Virus record (IMG/VR): IMGVR_UViG_3300017917_002605
Location: 110,471 to 168,911 of that record
DNA length: 58,441 nucleotides
Reading direction: 5' to 3' (one strand)
Source: a virus
Taxonomy: Duplodnaviria > Heunggongvirae > Uroviricota > Caudoviricetes
Part shown: positions 30,574 to 40,078 of the stretch, in pieces
Position numbering within the stretch: the stretch's first letter is position 1
Layout: each line of letters starts with the position of its first letter
Notes under the pieces: model-generated
Told to the model about the DNA's origin: nothing
Databases searched by the model: none
Seen by the model: the letters and a program-made list of their open reading frames with translations, nothing else
Position numbers and translations under genes: made by a program

Positions 30574-30746
30574 TGCATTTGGTAGAAAAAATTAGAAAAG
30601 TATATCCAGAACTAAAAGATACTGATTTTTTTTCAATCATTATTGTTCAAGATGACAGTGATGGCAATGGTCCTTATATCAAACAGTGGAATCACCCAAC
30701 ACTACCAAGACCAACACAAGAACAACTAGACGCAGTTACAGAATAA
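30573..30746 (+). CDS. Cognate chaperone type a (57 aa; not in ORF track)
   Basis: MHLVEKIRKVYPELKDTDFFSIIIVQDDSDGNGPYIKQWNHPTLPRPTQEQLDAVTE*; TAATG coupling. Confidence 0.8.
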   Translation: MHLVEKIRKVYPELKDTDFFSIIIVQDDSDGNGPYIKQWNHPTLPRPTQEQLDAVTE

Positions 30747-30756
30747 GGCATAACAA

Positions 30757-31872
30757 ATGAGTGTAATTTATAGTGGAACAGGCATAACATTTGATGATGG
30801 TTCTGTGCAAACTAATAGTTGGACAGGATTCAAAAATCGTATCATCAATGGTGATATGAGAATTGACCAGAGGAACAACGGTTCATCAGTTTCTATCACT
30901 CTTGGAACAAGTAATGGTTTTGTTGTTGATAGATGGCGTTTTCAAAATGCTGGTGGTAGTTCTAGTGTTTTTTCTGCACAGAGAGTTACTGATGCGCCAG
31001 CTGGATTCACTAACTCTTTAAAAGTTACCACAACAACTGCCGCATCAACTCAGGCGGCCGATTCGAAACATCTGTGGTTACCTATCGAAGGATTTGATAC
31101 TGCCGATTTAGATTTTGGTACCGCATCAGCTAAAACTGTAACTTTGTCTTTTTGGGTCAAAAGTTCTAAAACAGGTAATTTTGGTGCAGCTATATCTAAT
31201 GACGGCGCCGCCAGAGCATATAGTTTTCTTTACAACATATCTCAAGCAGATACTTGGGAATATAAAACTGTAACTATTCCTGGTGATACTGTTGCGCCGG
31301 CTTGGTCTAAAAATAATTTTACAGGTATGCGTGTCAACTTCAACATTGGTTCTGGTTCAAATTATACTACAGTACCAAATCAATGGGGTGCTGGTCCCGA
31401 CCGTGGTGCAAATGGACAAATTACTTTACTAGATACATTAAATGCAACATGGCAGATTACTGGTGTACAATTGGAACGTGGAAGTCAAGCATCAAGTTTT
31501 GAATATCGTCCTTATGGAACTGAGTTGGCGTTATGCCAAAGATATTACTGGCGAATTTCTGGATTTTCTGGTCCTTCCGGTTATCCTTCAGTTGGTTCTG
31601 GAACACTCAGAGCTTCAAATATTGCTCGTTTATATGTTAAATTTCCAGTTTCTATGAGAAGCGCTCCAACACTCAATTTTTCTGGTTCTATTAGTGGTAC
31701 AAGCGGAGTTGTAGAAAATACTGTATCATCAATATACGGACAGTATGCTTCAACAGAAACTTCTTTGTTTGATTTGTTGTTTAGTGCCACCACATTTACA
31801 ACAGGATATGGCGTAACTGTATTTGTTAATAATGCATCTACAAATTATGTAGAGGCTTCAGCGGAGTTATAA
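30757..31872 (+). CDS. Receptor-binding tip, family B (carbohydrate-binding-module-like)
   Basis: [14 protein letters not shown] ... [10 protein letters not shown] ... WQITGVQLE ... ELALCQRYY ... C-terminal SAEL. Confidence 0.72.
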   Translation: MSVIYSGTGITFDDGSVQTNSWTGFKNRIINGDMRIDQRNNGSSVSITLGTSNGFVVDRWRFQNAGGSSSVFSAQRVTDAPAGFTNSLKVTTTTAASTQAADSKHLWLPIEGFDTADLDFGTASAKTVTLSFWVKSSKTGNFGAAISNDGAARAYSFLYNISQADTWEYKTVTIPGDTVAPAWSKNNFTGMRVNFNIGSGSNYTTVPNQWGAGPDRGANGQITLLDTLNATWQITGVQLERGSQASSFEYRPYGTELALCQRYYWRISGFSGPSGYPSVGSGTLRASNIARLYVKFPVSMRSAPTLNFSGSISGTSGVVENTVSSIYGQYASTETSLFDLLFSATTFTTGYGVTVFVNNASTNYVEASAEL

Positions 31873-31873
31873 A

Positions 31874-32050
31874 ATGGAATATAAACTTCAACCTCCTTTT
31901 AGAATTGGTGAAGAAAGTGGTGGCGTAATACGTAAAAGTGATGGCGCTTGTATACCCTTTGACCCAGCCAACACCGATTATCAAGAATACCTAAAGTGGC
32001 TTGCTGAAGGTAACGAACCACTTCCTGCGGATGAACCACCGAGCGAATAA
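31874..32050 (+). CDS. Cognate chaperone type b (58 aa; not in ORF track)
   Basis: [58 protein letters not shown]. Confidence 0.8.
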   Translation: MEYKLQPPFRIGEESGGVIRKSDGACIPFDPANTDYQEYLKWLAEGNEPLPADEPPSE

Positions 32051-32053
32051 ATA
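32046..32053 (+). promoter_or_regulatory. Late promoter (AATAAATA), block 2
   Basis: Upstream of 32059. Confidence 0.6.
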
Positions 32054-32058
32054 AAAAC

Positions 32059-33219
32059 ATGGCATACTTAGGAAATAACTCATTACCTTTTGACCCAACC
32101 AGAACCGCAGCACAACCCCGTGATGCGGAAAGATTCTCTGGTAACGGTTCAACGGTCAATTTCACATTATCACGTACAGTAAATAATCCTACTGATGTTG
32201 AAGTATTTGTTGAAAACGTTCAGCAAGAACCAATTGTTGCTTACAATATTGTTGGTACTACACTATCATTTACCGAAGCACCACCATCCGGTTCACAAAA
32301 CATCTATGTAATTTACCGTGCATTTAATACTGGTGCTCAAGTTTATGTGCCAGACGGTTCTATTACATACGCTAAGTTGGCTAACAACCTAAAGTTGTTC
32401 ACGAGCGACAACTTAACACCAAACGGCAACAATTCAGTATTCACACTTTCTGATACTCCACCGGATGCAAACACTGTTATCGTATCTGTTGATGGTATTG
32501 TTCAGAGAGCACCAGTTCATTACACTGTTTCTGGACAAACAATTACATTCACATCTCCACCACCAGCTGGTTCAAATGTGCATGTTCGTCACCTTGGTAT
32601 TAGAACAACGGAAACATTGACTGCTATTGCAGCCAATACTTTTATTCCTCAGCCAACAATCAGTTCACCAACAATAACTGGAACAACAACAATTTCAGGT
32701 TTGTTGCCTGCGGCCGCAAACACCACTCAAATTGGTTCTTCAACACAACCATTTGCTGTTGGTCATTTCAATGGTATTAAGTTTCCAGGAACACAATCGG
32801 CAAGTGCTGACGCAAATACACTAGATGATTATGAGGAAGGTACTTGGACTCCAAGTATTCAAGGAAACGCTGCTGCCGGCACGGTCACTTATGGTGCATT
32901 AAGATATGGTTATTACACAAAAGTAGGTAGAAAAGTAACTGTAGGTGGAAGGATAGATTATTCAAATTTCACTGGAGCCTCTGGTTATTTACTCATAAAT
33001 GGACTCCCATTTACATCATTAGGTTCATTAGAATTTATTGGCACATTTATGACAGAGAATTTGGTTTATCCTACCAGCAGTAATTATTGTGTTACTTACA
33101 TATCTGCATCCGCATTTGTTATTCCTTGGGGAATAAGAGATAATGGAGCTTGGCAAACATTTCCTGTTACAGACACGGCCGCAAATATAATTTTTACAAT
33201 CACTTATTTTACAAGTTAA
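32059..33219 (+). CDS. Fibre/tip protein, family C, with two N-terminal G(N/D)G..F...PP.G modules
   Basis: MAYLGN start; two FSGNGSTVNFTL/LTPNGNNSVFTL modules; ADANTLDDYEEGTWTP followed by a variable tip. Confidence 0.72.
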   Translation: MAYLGNNSLPFDPTRTAAQPRDAERFSGNGSTVNFTLSRTVNNPTDVEVFVENVQQEPIVAYNIVGTTLSFTEAPPSGSQNIYVIYRAFNTGAQVYVPDGSITYAKLANNLKLFTSDNLTPNGNNSVFTLSDTPPDANTVIVSVDGIVQRAPVHYTVSGQTITFTSPPPAGSNVHVRHLGIRTTETLTAIAANTFIPQPTISSPTITGTTTISGLLPAAANTTQIGSSTQPFAVGHFNGIKFPGTQSASADANTLDDYEEGTWTPSIQGNAAAGTVTYGALRYGYYTKVGRKVTVGGRIDYSNFTGASGYLLINGLPFTSLGSLEFIGTFMTENLVYPTSSNYCVTYISASAFVIPWGIRDNGAWQTFPVTDTAANIIFTITYFTS

Positions 33220-33223
33220 TAAT

Positions 33224-33481
33224 ATGAGTTTAACAAAAGAAACACTAATTGATAAAATTGAAGTTGTGGAAAACGGCACTGTACAAGTGCGTCAAGTTAC
33301 ACGCATCATGGAAGACGGTAATCAACTATCACAATCTTTTCACCGTTGGACCATTTCTCCAGGTCAAGATTATTCCGACCAACCAGATAATGTCAAAGCA
33401 ATTTGCCAAGTAACGCATACTCCAGAAGTTGTTGCTGCATATCAAGCAAAACTGGAAGAAATTAATCTAAGAGCTGAATAA
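33224..33481 (+). CDS. Cognate chaperone type c (85 aa)
   Basis: IDKIEVVE.G.VQVRQVTRIMED....S..HRWTI.PGQDYSDQ; near-identical to 37873..38127. Confidence 0.75.
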   Translation: MSLTKETLIDKIEVVENGTVQVRQVTRIMEDGNQLSQSFHRWTISPGQDYSDQPDNVKAICQVTHTPEVVAAYQAKLEEINLRAE

Positions 33482-34548
33482 TGGGAATTCAAACAGCACA
33501 ACAAGCACTAGAAAATGAATTAGGTGCATCACCATTTGGTTTTAAAAACATCATAATGAATGGTGATATGTCCGTTAATCAACGAGGCAACACTTCAATA
33601 ACTGTTGGTTCGGGTCAGGCAAACGGCCAAGCTGCATTTCTTACAGACAGATGGCGTTGCTGGTCAGCAGCCAACGGTAATACCTTAGCTGCAACATTTG
33701 AACAAGTTACTGATGCTCCCGAAGGTTTCAAGTACAGTGTAAGAGCAACACCTACTGTCACAGGAACACCCAACAGTCAATTTTATTCTTTTATTTGGCA
33801 AGGCGTAGAGTATAATAATATTCGAAGACTGAAGTGGGGTACTGGACAAGCTTTACCTTTGACTTTATCTTTTTGGGTTAAATCTTCATCGACAGGCACA
33901 TTTTCTGCAATTGTAACCAACAACGGTAATAATGGCATGTCATTTAAAATTTGGCGTGCCACATATACAGTTAATCAATCAAATACTTGGGAATATAAAA
34001 CAATAAGTATTGTTGGTGATACGGATTCCACTTGGTTAAATGCCACTTCGGATAATGGTGTAGGATTATTTGTTGGATTAACTCTGGGTGGTACAACCGG
34101 TATTACTACACCTGTTAATACATGGGATAATACTGCTGCTTATAATCGTGTTGGTGACTTCAATTTCTTCTCATCAACAAGCAATACTTGGCAAGTTACC
34201 GGCATTCAATTAGAAATAGGCCGAGAAGCTACGCCTTTTGATTTTAGACCATATTCAACTGAGTTGTCTCTTTGTGAGAGATATTATGAGGTTTGTGTTG
34301 GTGGTTGGCGTGGTTATGGATATGGTTTTATTGGTGCTGCTGGTGTAAATTTTAGGCAGAAAAAAAGAGCAACGCCAACTGTAACCTTTGTATCTTTTAA
34401 TGCTTCGGAAAATACAGACGGTAGTAATGCGTATTCAGCAAACATTACTGTAAATGGATTTGAGGCTAGATGTGCCTTAACCTCTGGCGGCGGCGCACCA
34501 AATTTTGGTTCTTTTTCTGCAACATATAAATCAGAGATTGAGTTATGA
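33481..34548 (+). CDS. Receptor-binding tip, family B
   Basis: [45 protein letters not shown]-terminal EIEL. Confidence 0.72.
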   Translation: MGIQTAQQALENELGASPFGFKNIIMNGDMSVNQRGNTSITVGSGQANGQAAFLTDRWRCWSAANGNTLAATFEQVTDAPEGFKYSVRATPTVTGTPNSQFYSFIWQGVEYNNIRRLKWGTGQALPLTLSFWVKSSSTGTFSAIVTNNGNNGMSFKIWRATYTVNQSNTWEYKTISIVGDTDSTWLNATSDNGVGLFVGLTLGGTTGITTPVNTWDNTAAYNRVGDFNFFSSTSNTWQVTGIQLEIGREATPFDFRPYSTELSLCERYYEVCVGGWRGYGYGFIGAAGVNFRQKKRATPTVTFVSFNASENTDGSNAYSANITVNGFEARCALTSGGGAPNFGSFSATYKSEIEL

Positions 34549-34700
34549 TGTATAAATTAACAGAAAACACAAAAGAAATTATTCGTTTGGTCGACAAAGC
34601 GACTATTCCTTTCGATTCAGAAAACACCGATTACCAAGAATACCTAAAGTGGCTTGCTGAAGGTAACACTCCTGAACCTGCGGACGAACCTACTAAATAA
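34545..34700 (+). CDS. Cognate chaperone type b (51 aa; not in ORF track)
   Basis: [51 protein letters not shown]; ATGA overlap. Confidence 0.8.
   Translation: MMYKLTENTKEIIRLVDKATIPFDSENTDYQEYLKWLAEGNTPEPADEPTK
34692..34699 (+). promoter_or_regulatory. Late promoter (ACTAAATA), block 3
   Basis: Upstream of 34707. Confidence 0.55.
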
Positions 34701-34706
34701 AACATC

Positions 34707-35771
34707 ATGCCATTAAGTAGAATTAAATCAAATTCAATTAGTAATCCAGTATCTTTAACACAACCTGTTATTGATGGTGCAGGTTACTCTCAGTACCAGT
34801 ATAGAAATAAAATCATCAACGGTGATTTTTCTGTTTGGCAACGTGGTACGTCCGGAAGTTTAGTTGGTGGTCCAGGATATGTTTCTGCTGACCGCTGGAA
34901 AATTTATGTAAACTCTAGCACAACCATGACTTTATCCAGGCAAACATTTACTCCTGGACAAACTGAAGTTCCTGGTAATCCAACTTACTATGCCAGATTT
35001 GACTGGTTGGGTACCGGTGCTTCTCAATTTTTTAGTTTTGAACAAGCAATTGAAGGTGTTCATCACGGTGCTGGCGATTATTTGACCATATCATTTTACG
35101 CTAGAACCGAACAAGGTGATGACATGACTTTAGCTGTCACACAAAAATTTGGTACTGGTGGTTCTTCTGATGTAACTGTGACAAATACTCCTCTTTCTAT
35201 TGATACAACTTGGAAAAAATTTGTTGTAACTGTTGCTGTGCCTTCTATTTCCGGCAAAACAATTGGCACAGATAATCATTTACTGGTTACTTGGTTTAGA
35301 AGCGGCACACTAAATTCTTATTTGGATATTGCAGATGTGCAGGTAGAAGTTGGTCAAGTTGCTACTCCTTTTGAGCGTAGACCTCCAGCACTTGAATTGG
35401 CTTTGTGTCAAAGATATTTTTATAGTGTTACATTACCAAGAGATACTAACCTTTTTTATCCAGCAGTTGTATATGTTGGTGCCACTGGGACATTGATTCA
35501 GGCTCTGCCGGTGACATTATTAATGCGAACAACTCCAACCGCTTCTACCATTATAGGAACAGCAAAACCAACATTCATTCGATATGACTACGGCACAAGT
35601 TCTCAACAAACCATAACGTCCATTTTTGCTACTGTTCGTTCAACTTCTGGAACTTATTGGATGGAAGTCCAATATGTAGCCGTTGGTTCTTGGGGTTCAG
35701 CAGGACACTCAGGTGTTGTTTCATGGGACACAGGAACTAGCAGTGTAATTACTCTTTCTGCGGAATTATAA
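34707..35771 (+). CDS. Receptor-binding tip, family B (divergent)
   Basis: [43 protein letters not shown]-terminal SAEL. Confidence 0.72.
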   Translation: MPLSRIKSNSISNPVSLTQPVIDGAGYSQYQYRNKIINGDFSVWQRGTSGSLVGGPGYVSADRWKIYVNSSTTMTLSRQTFTPGQTEVPGNPTYYARFDWLGTGASQFFSFEQAIEGVHHGAGDYLTISFYARTEQGDDMTLAVTQKFGTGGSSDVTVTNTPLSIDTTWKKFVVTVAVPSISGKTIGTDNHLLVTWFRSGTLNSYLDIADVQVEVGQVATPFERRPPALELALCQRYFYSVTLPRDTNLFYPAVVYVGATGTLIQALPVTLLMRTTPTASTIIGTAKPTFIRYDYGTSSQQTITSIFATVRSTSGTYWMEVQYVAVGSWGSAGHSGVVSWDTGTSSVITLSAEL

Positions 35772-35772
35772 T

Positions 35773-35991
35773 ATGGAACAAAAAATTAACGTTTATAAAC
35801 TAATCGACAGTATGAAAGATACCATTTATAGAACAAATGATAACGCTTGCATACCTATTGAACCTAGAAATATAGATTACGTCTTTTTTAAAATTGAAAT
35901 GGAAAAAGGTTTGGCTGAATTACAAGATGTTACAGGCACAGTTATGACTAGAGAACAATGCCTTGATTTTATCTCCAAATTACCAAACTAA
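35773..35991 (+). CDS. Cognate chaperone type b (divergent, 72 aa)
   Basis: IYRTNDNACIPIEPRNIDY aligns with [18 protein letters not shown]. Confidence 0.7.
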   Translation: MEQKINVYKLIDSMKDTIYRTNDNACIPIEPRNIDYVFFKIEMEKGLAELQDVTGTVMTREQCLDFISKLPN

Positions 35992-35994
35992 ATA
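35987..35994 (+). promoter_or_regulatory. Late promoter (ACTAAATA), block 4
   Basis: Upstream of 36002. Confidence 0.55.
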
Positions 35995-36001
35995 AAAGAC
36001 T

Positions 36002-36424
36002 ATGGCATATCTTGGTAACCAACAAATAAACGGAACCTTTAATTCCCAGTTCTTTTCTGGTGATGGTTCCACAACAGAATTCACGTTACAGTATTCAACT
36101 GGTAACGAAGCTTCCGTATTGGTCTTCATCACTGGTGTTAAACAGCAGACCACTACCTATGCATTGATTAACGGTAAGATTGTTTTTACTGAAGCGCCAC
36201 CAGCTGGATACAATAACATTGAATTGGTTTATCTTGGTGACCGTGTTCAAGTTAATCCTTACCTAAGTGCAGATTCACAAGGTATTATCAGACTTAACGC
36301 AAGCGTATTGACAGAAAACGTGACAATTACAACCGGTTATAATGCATCTTCTGCCGGTCCATTGACCATTGCAAATAACGTTGTTGTAACAATCGCAAAC
36401 AACTCTACTTGGACGGTGTTCTAA
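36002..36424 (+). CDS. Fibre adaptor-like protein A2 (140 aa)
   Basis: MAYLGN + one FSGDGSTTEFTL...FTEAPPAG module (as 32059) + C-terminal domain shared with 29125. Confidence 0.7.
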   Translation: MAYLGNQQINGTFNSQFFSGDGSTTEFTLQYSTGNEASVLVFITGVKQQTTTYALINGKIVFTEAPPAGYNNIELVYLGDRVQVNPYLSADSQGIIRLNASVLTENVTITTGYNASSAGPLTIANNVVVTIANNSTWTVF

Positions 36425-37080
36425 TGGCAGGCACAATTATTGCAGATTACATCCGTGCGGATGCTAACAAATTAAGTTTGAATGTAGGCAATACTACTTT
36501 TGCCACAATTAATTCTTCAGGTTTTTTCAGTAACACCGGTGTTCAAATTATTGACCAAAATGGTCAAGTTGGTGCATTATCTGTAGGTACCAACCAATTA
36601 CAAACTGGTGCTGTTACACAAACAAAAATTGGTTCTAATGTTGCTGGAACAGGCCCAATTTTTATAACATCAATGGGTGCGGCACAAACTTTAACAAGTG
36701 CTGTTTGGACTAAAGTTGCCTTTGATACAGAAAGTGTTGATTCACATAACTGTTATAACACTTCTCTTTATAGATTTACGCCGACTGTTGCCGGTTATTA
36801 TCAATTCACATTACAATTCACAGCTGGTACAGGTAATATTCAAGCAGTTCAAAGCGGACTTTATAAAAACGGAAGTGCAATTGCATGGAACGTAAATTAT
36901 TTAATGTCTGTAAGTTATGGAGATGATTTAACATCTTCTTTGACAAAATTGGTTTATATGAATGGTACTACAGACTATATTGAACCTTATGGCTATGTGG
37001 TTGACGCTTCTGCCGGTAGTGATGTTATATTTTCAAGCATATATTCTCATTTTGAAGGTTTCTTGGCAAGGGCTGCATAA
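36424..37080 (+). CDS. Receptor-binding tip, family A (C1q-like); likely start ATG 36424
   Basis: TAATG coupling; WTKVAFDTESVDSHNCYNTSLYRFTPTVAGYYQF; VYMNGTTDYIE; FEGFLAR. Confidence 0.72.
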   Translation: MAGTIIADYIRADANKLSLNVGNTTFATINSSGFFSNTGVQIIDQNGQVGALSVGTNQLQTGAVTQTKIGSNVAGTGPIFITSMGAAQTLTSAVWTKVAFDTESVDSHNCYNTSLYRFTPTVAGYYQFTLQFTAGTGNIQAVQSGLYKNGSAIAWNVNYLMSVSYGDDLTSSLTKLVYMNGTTDYIEPYGYVVDASAGSDVIFSSIYSHFEGFLARAA

Positions 37081-37256
37081 TGAATTTAACGCAAAAAATT
37101 TTAAAAATATATCCTGAATTGTCACAAAAAGATTTTTCTGGAAAAGTTATTGAATTGCGAAATGATTTGGACGGAAAAGGTGATTACATCGCCAAATGGG
37201 AACATCCTACATATCCTAGACCAACGCAAGAACAATTAGATAGTGTGGAAGAATAA
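37080..37256 (+). CDS. Cognate chaperone type a (58 aa; not in ORF track)
   Basis: MNLTQKILKIYPELSQKDFSGKVIELRNDLDGKGDYIAKWEHPTYPRPTQEQLDSVEE*. Confidence 0.8.
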   Translation: MNLTQKILKIYPELSQKDFSGKVIELRNDLDGKGDYIAKWEHPTYPRPTQEQLDSVEE

Positions 37257-37259
37257 CAC

Positions 37260-37856
37260 ATGGCAGGCATTTTAAAAGTCGATAGAGTACAATCAGATTC
37301 CAATTTGGCATTTCAAATTGGTTCTTCTAATGTTGCCTATTTTAATACCACCGGTTTGAACATAACTGGCGGTGAAATTATTGCTGGTGGTTCCACTCTG
37401 AGAACATCTGGTGGCATGTTATATGCAAACAGTGGTATTGCTTTTCCTGGAACACATGTTGCAAGTGCTGACCCAAATACTTTAGATGATTATGAAGAAG
37501 GTACTTGGACTCCAACAACAATAAGTTTAAACAATATTAGTAGTATAACAATAAGTTATGCCTCTTATATTAAAGTAGGAAGATTAGTTCATTGTTCGAT
37601 GTATGGTACCGCTGCAGTAACTTCCACTTCCACCAATACCTATTTTGGTTTTTCTTTACCGTTTGTTGCAGTAAACAACACAGTCGCACCATCTGGGACA
37701 TTTAATTTTGCTGGCGCAACAAATAATTTAGGAACAGTGATTGATTGGTCAGGTTCCACCAATGATTATTTTGGTATTTGGGTGCCTTCGGCGAATATGT
37801 TGAATAACGGCACATTAAGTTGGCAATTAGGATTTACCTATCCAACAGTTTCTTAA
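37260..37856 (+). CDS. Receptor-binding tip, family C
   Basis: GIAFPGT..SADPNTLDDYEEGTWTP; Y.KVGR.V; paralogue of the C-terminal half of 32059. Confidence 0.72.
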   Translation: MAGILKVDRVQSDSNLAFQIGSSNVAYFNTTGLNITGGEIIAGGSTLRTSGGMLYANSGIAFPGTHVASADPNTLDDYEEGTWTPTTISLNNISSITISYASYIKVGRLVHCSMYGTAAVTSTSTNTYFGFSLPFVAVNNTVAPSGTFNFAGATNNLGTVIDWSGSTNDYFGIWVPSANMLNNGTLSWQLGFTYPTVS

Positions 37857-37872
37857 TTTATGGTAGAAAAAA

Positions 37873-38127
37873 ATGAGTTTATCTAAAGAAATCAGTATCG
37901 ATAAAATCGAAGTTGTTGAACCTGGTATTGTTCAGGTTCGTCAAGTAACACGTATTATGGAAGATGATAATCTACTATCTTCTTCTTATCATCGTTGGAC
38001 TATTGCTCCCGGCCAAGATTATTCTGACCAATCAGATAACGTCAAAGCAATTTGCCAAGTAGTTCATACACCACAAGTTATTGCTGCATATCAAGCAAAA
38101 TTGGAAGAAAGCACATTAGGAAAATAA
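37873..38127 (+). CDS. Cognate chaperone type c (84 aa)
   Basis: Paralogue of 33224..33481. Confidence 0.75.
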   Translation: MSLSKEISIDKIEVVEPGIVQVRQVTRIMEDDNLLSSSYHRWTIAPGQDYSDQSDNVKAICQVVHTPQVIAAYQAKLEESTLGK

Positions 38128-38128
38128 C

Positions 38129-39274
38129 ATGGCAGGTACAATTGTAGTTGACCGAATTGAGTCTGATGGAAGTTATGCTTCCACAATTAATGTTGCCTCA
38201 AAGGTAAATTTTACTGGTGGTGTTCAAGTTGGCGGCCAAGATGCCACATTTGGTGGTATGCGTAATCGTATCATCAATGGTGATATGAGAATTGACCAAA
38301 GGAACGTTGGAGTAACCACTACTCCAGCTGATTTTGCTTTCATTACAGATAGATGGCAAGTTCGTCAAAGTACAGCTTCAAAAATGTCGGCTGGTCAAAG
38401 CACAGTAGTTCCCGTAGGTTTTTCTAATTCTTTAGCAATAACTTCTCTTTCATCATACACCGTTTTATCTAGTGATATTTACACAGTTAGACAACAGATT
38501 GAAGGTTTTAATACTTCAGATTTTGGTTGGGGTACCGCAAATGCAAAACCTGTCACCTTGTCTTTTTGGGTACGTTCTTCATTAACAGGAACTTTTGGTG
38601 GTTCTGCATTGAATAATGGTAACAATAGAAGTTATGTTTTTTCTTATACAATAAATCAAGCAGATACCTGGGAATATAAAACAATAATTATTCCTGGAGA
38701 CACTACAGGAACCTGGCAAACAAACAACCAACGTGGAGTTCAAATATCTTTTGGATTAGGTGTAGGTTCTACACAATCGGGTACAGCAGGCGCCTGGTCT
38801 TCTAATAATTATGCTTCCGTAACTGGTGCTGTTAGTTTGGTTGGAACAAACGCAGCTACTTGGTATTTAACTGGTGTCCAATTAGAATTAGGTTCTGTAG
38901 CAACATCTTTTGAAATGAGACCATATGGAGCCGAATTAGCTTTGTGTCAAAGATACTATTCAAAATCTTATAATATTAACGTTAAACCAGGAACAGTATC
39001 TTCTTATGCTGGTGTGCTGGCTGTGGTTCCTTATTCTACAGGTTTGCAATATACAACTTGGATTATTCAATTTAAACAAACCATGAGAACTGCTCCAACT
39101 GTTTTAGTGTATAGTCCTGAAACAGGAGCATCTGGTAACTGTTATAATGGCGCAGGAGATGTTGCAGCAGGAGCATCAAGTATTGGTGAATCTGGTTGTT
39201 TTGCTAGAAATACGGCCAGTGCAAGCACTGGATATTTTGCTTATATTCAATATACAGCTGAAGCGGAGTTATGA
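38129..39274 (+). CDS. Receptor-binding tip, family B
   Basis: [44 protein letters not shown]-terminal EAEL. Confidence 0.72.
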   Translation: MAGTIVVDRIESDGSYASTINVASKVNFTGGVQVGGQDATFGGMRNRIINGDMRIDQRNVGVTTTPADFAFITDRWQVRQSTASKMSAGQSTVVPVGFSNSLAITSLSSYTVLSSDIYTVRQQIEGFNTSDFGWGTANAKPVTLSFWVRSSLTGTFGGSALNNGNNRSYVFSYTINQADTWEYKTIIIPGDTTGTWQTNNQRGVQISFGLGVGSTQSGTAGAWSSNNYASVTGAVSLVGTNAATWYLTGVQLELGSVATSFEMRPYGAELALCQRYYSKSYNINVKPGTVSSYAGVLAVVPYSTGLQYTTWIIQFKQTMRTAPTVLVYSPETGASGNCYNGAGDVAAGASSIGESGCFARNTASASTGYFAYIQYTAEAEL

Positions 39275-39423
39275 TGTATAAATTAGATTCAGAACCAAAT
39301 GTTGTTATACGTTTAAAAGATAAAGCCTGTATTCCTTTTGACCCAGCAAACACCGACTATCAAGAATATTTGAAGTGGTTGGAACAAGGAAACACTCCTG
39401 AACCGGCAGACCCAATAGAATAA
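39271..39423 (+). CDS. Cognate chaperone type b (50 aa; not in ORF track)
   Basis: [50 protein letters not shown]. Confidence 0.8.
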   Translation: MMYKLDSEPNVVIRLKDKACIPFDPANTDYQEYLKWLEQGNTPEPADPIE

Positions 39424-39435
39424 TTGAACTCTGCC

Positions 39436-39461
39436 AAACCCCACCAAGTGTGGGGTTTTTT
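39436..39461 (+). terminator. Rho-independent terminator closing the receptor-binding array
   Basis: AAACCCCAC-caagt-GTGGGGTTT followed by further T residues. Confidence 0.85.
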
Positions 39462-39481
39462 ATTATTGCATACCCAAAAAG

Positions 39482-39489
39482 ACTAAATA
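39482..39489 (+). promoter_or_regulatory. Late promoter (ACTAAATA)
   Basis: After the terminator; followed by SD AAGGAG and a TTG start at 39510. Confidence 0.65.
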
Positions 39490-39509
39490 GACAATAAAAG
39501 GAGTTTATT

Positions 39510-39842
39510 TTGGCAGAATTTGTAGAGCTAACCTTAGAACAAGGAGCTACATTTACAACAACAATTAACGTGAATGAGAATGACGGTACACCAAAGGACC
39601 TGTCATCCTATACTGCACGTTCTCAAATGCGTAAATCTTATTACGCAACAACCGCCAAAGACTTCACATTAACAAAAACCAATGCAGTCGGTGGTGAACT
39701 AACCATGTCCATGACTGCTGCAAATACCGCAAATCTAACTCCAGGTAGATATGTTTATGATGTTGAAATTGAAGATACCGGTGGTACGGTAACCCGCATT
39801 TTTGAGGGTATCGTTGTGGTTATGCCAGGCGTAACACGATAA
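39510..39842 (+). CDS. Ig-like virion protein (BppU N-terminal-like)
   Basis: LTLEQGATF..., DLSSYTARSQMRK, LTPGRYVYDVEI, RIFEG.V.V.PGVT. Confidence 0.6.
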   Translation: MAEFVELTLEQGATFTTTINVNENDGTPKDLSSYTARSQMRKSYYATTAKDFTLTKTNAVGGELTMSMTAANTANLTPGRYVYDVEIEDTGGTVTRIFEGIVVVMPGVTR

Positions 39843-40078
39843 TGTCCATCAAAGTCACAATCACACCTGCACCAGCCGGACCTTCTGTTAAAATTAAACA
39901 GAATAAGTCGACCGCTACGGTGTTAAACTTTGTGCCAAAACCAACAATTGATTCGTTGTCTCAAATTACACAAATTGACACAACAGGAGCAGTAGATGGT
40001 GCCACCATGGTGTACGATGCGGCAACAGATAAATACATAATCAAAATTCTACCCAACGTTAGAGGGGGACTATTCTAA
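39842..40078 (+). CDS. Hypothetical virion protein ending GGLF
   Basis: Coupled 78-aa ORF; DGATMVYDA.TDKY motif. Confidence 0.6.
   Translation: MSIKVTITPAPAGPSVKIKQNKSTATVLNFVPKPTIDSLSQITQIDTTGAVDGATMVYDAATDKYIIKILPNVRGGLF

Noticed and set aside
28758-39461. Diversity-generating retroelement, invertase shufflon or CRISPR-like array
   Set aside because: No reverse transcriptase or recombinase in the window, all cassettes are on one strand with no inverted crossover sites, no template/variable pair differing only at adenines was seen, and the repeats are coding and irregularly spaced. An RT elsewhere in the genome cannot be excluded.
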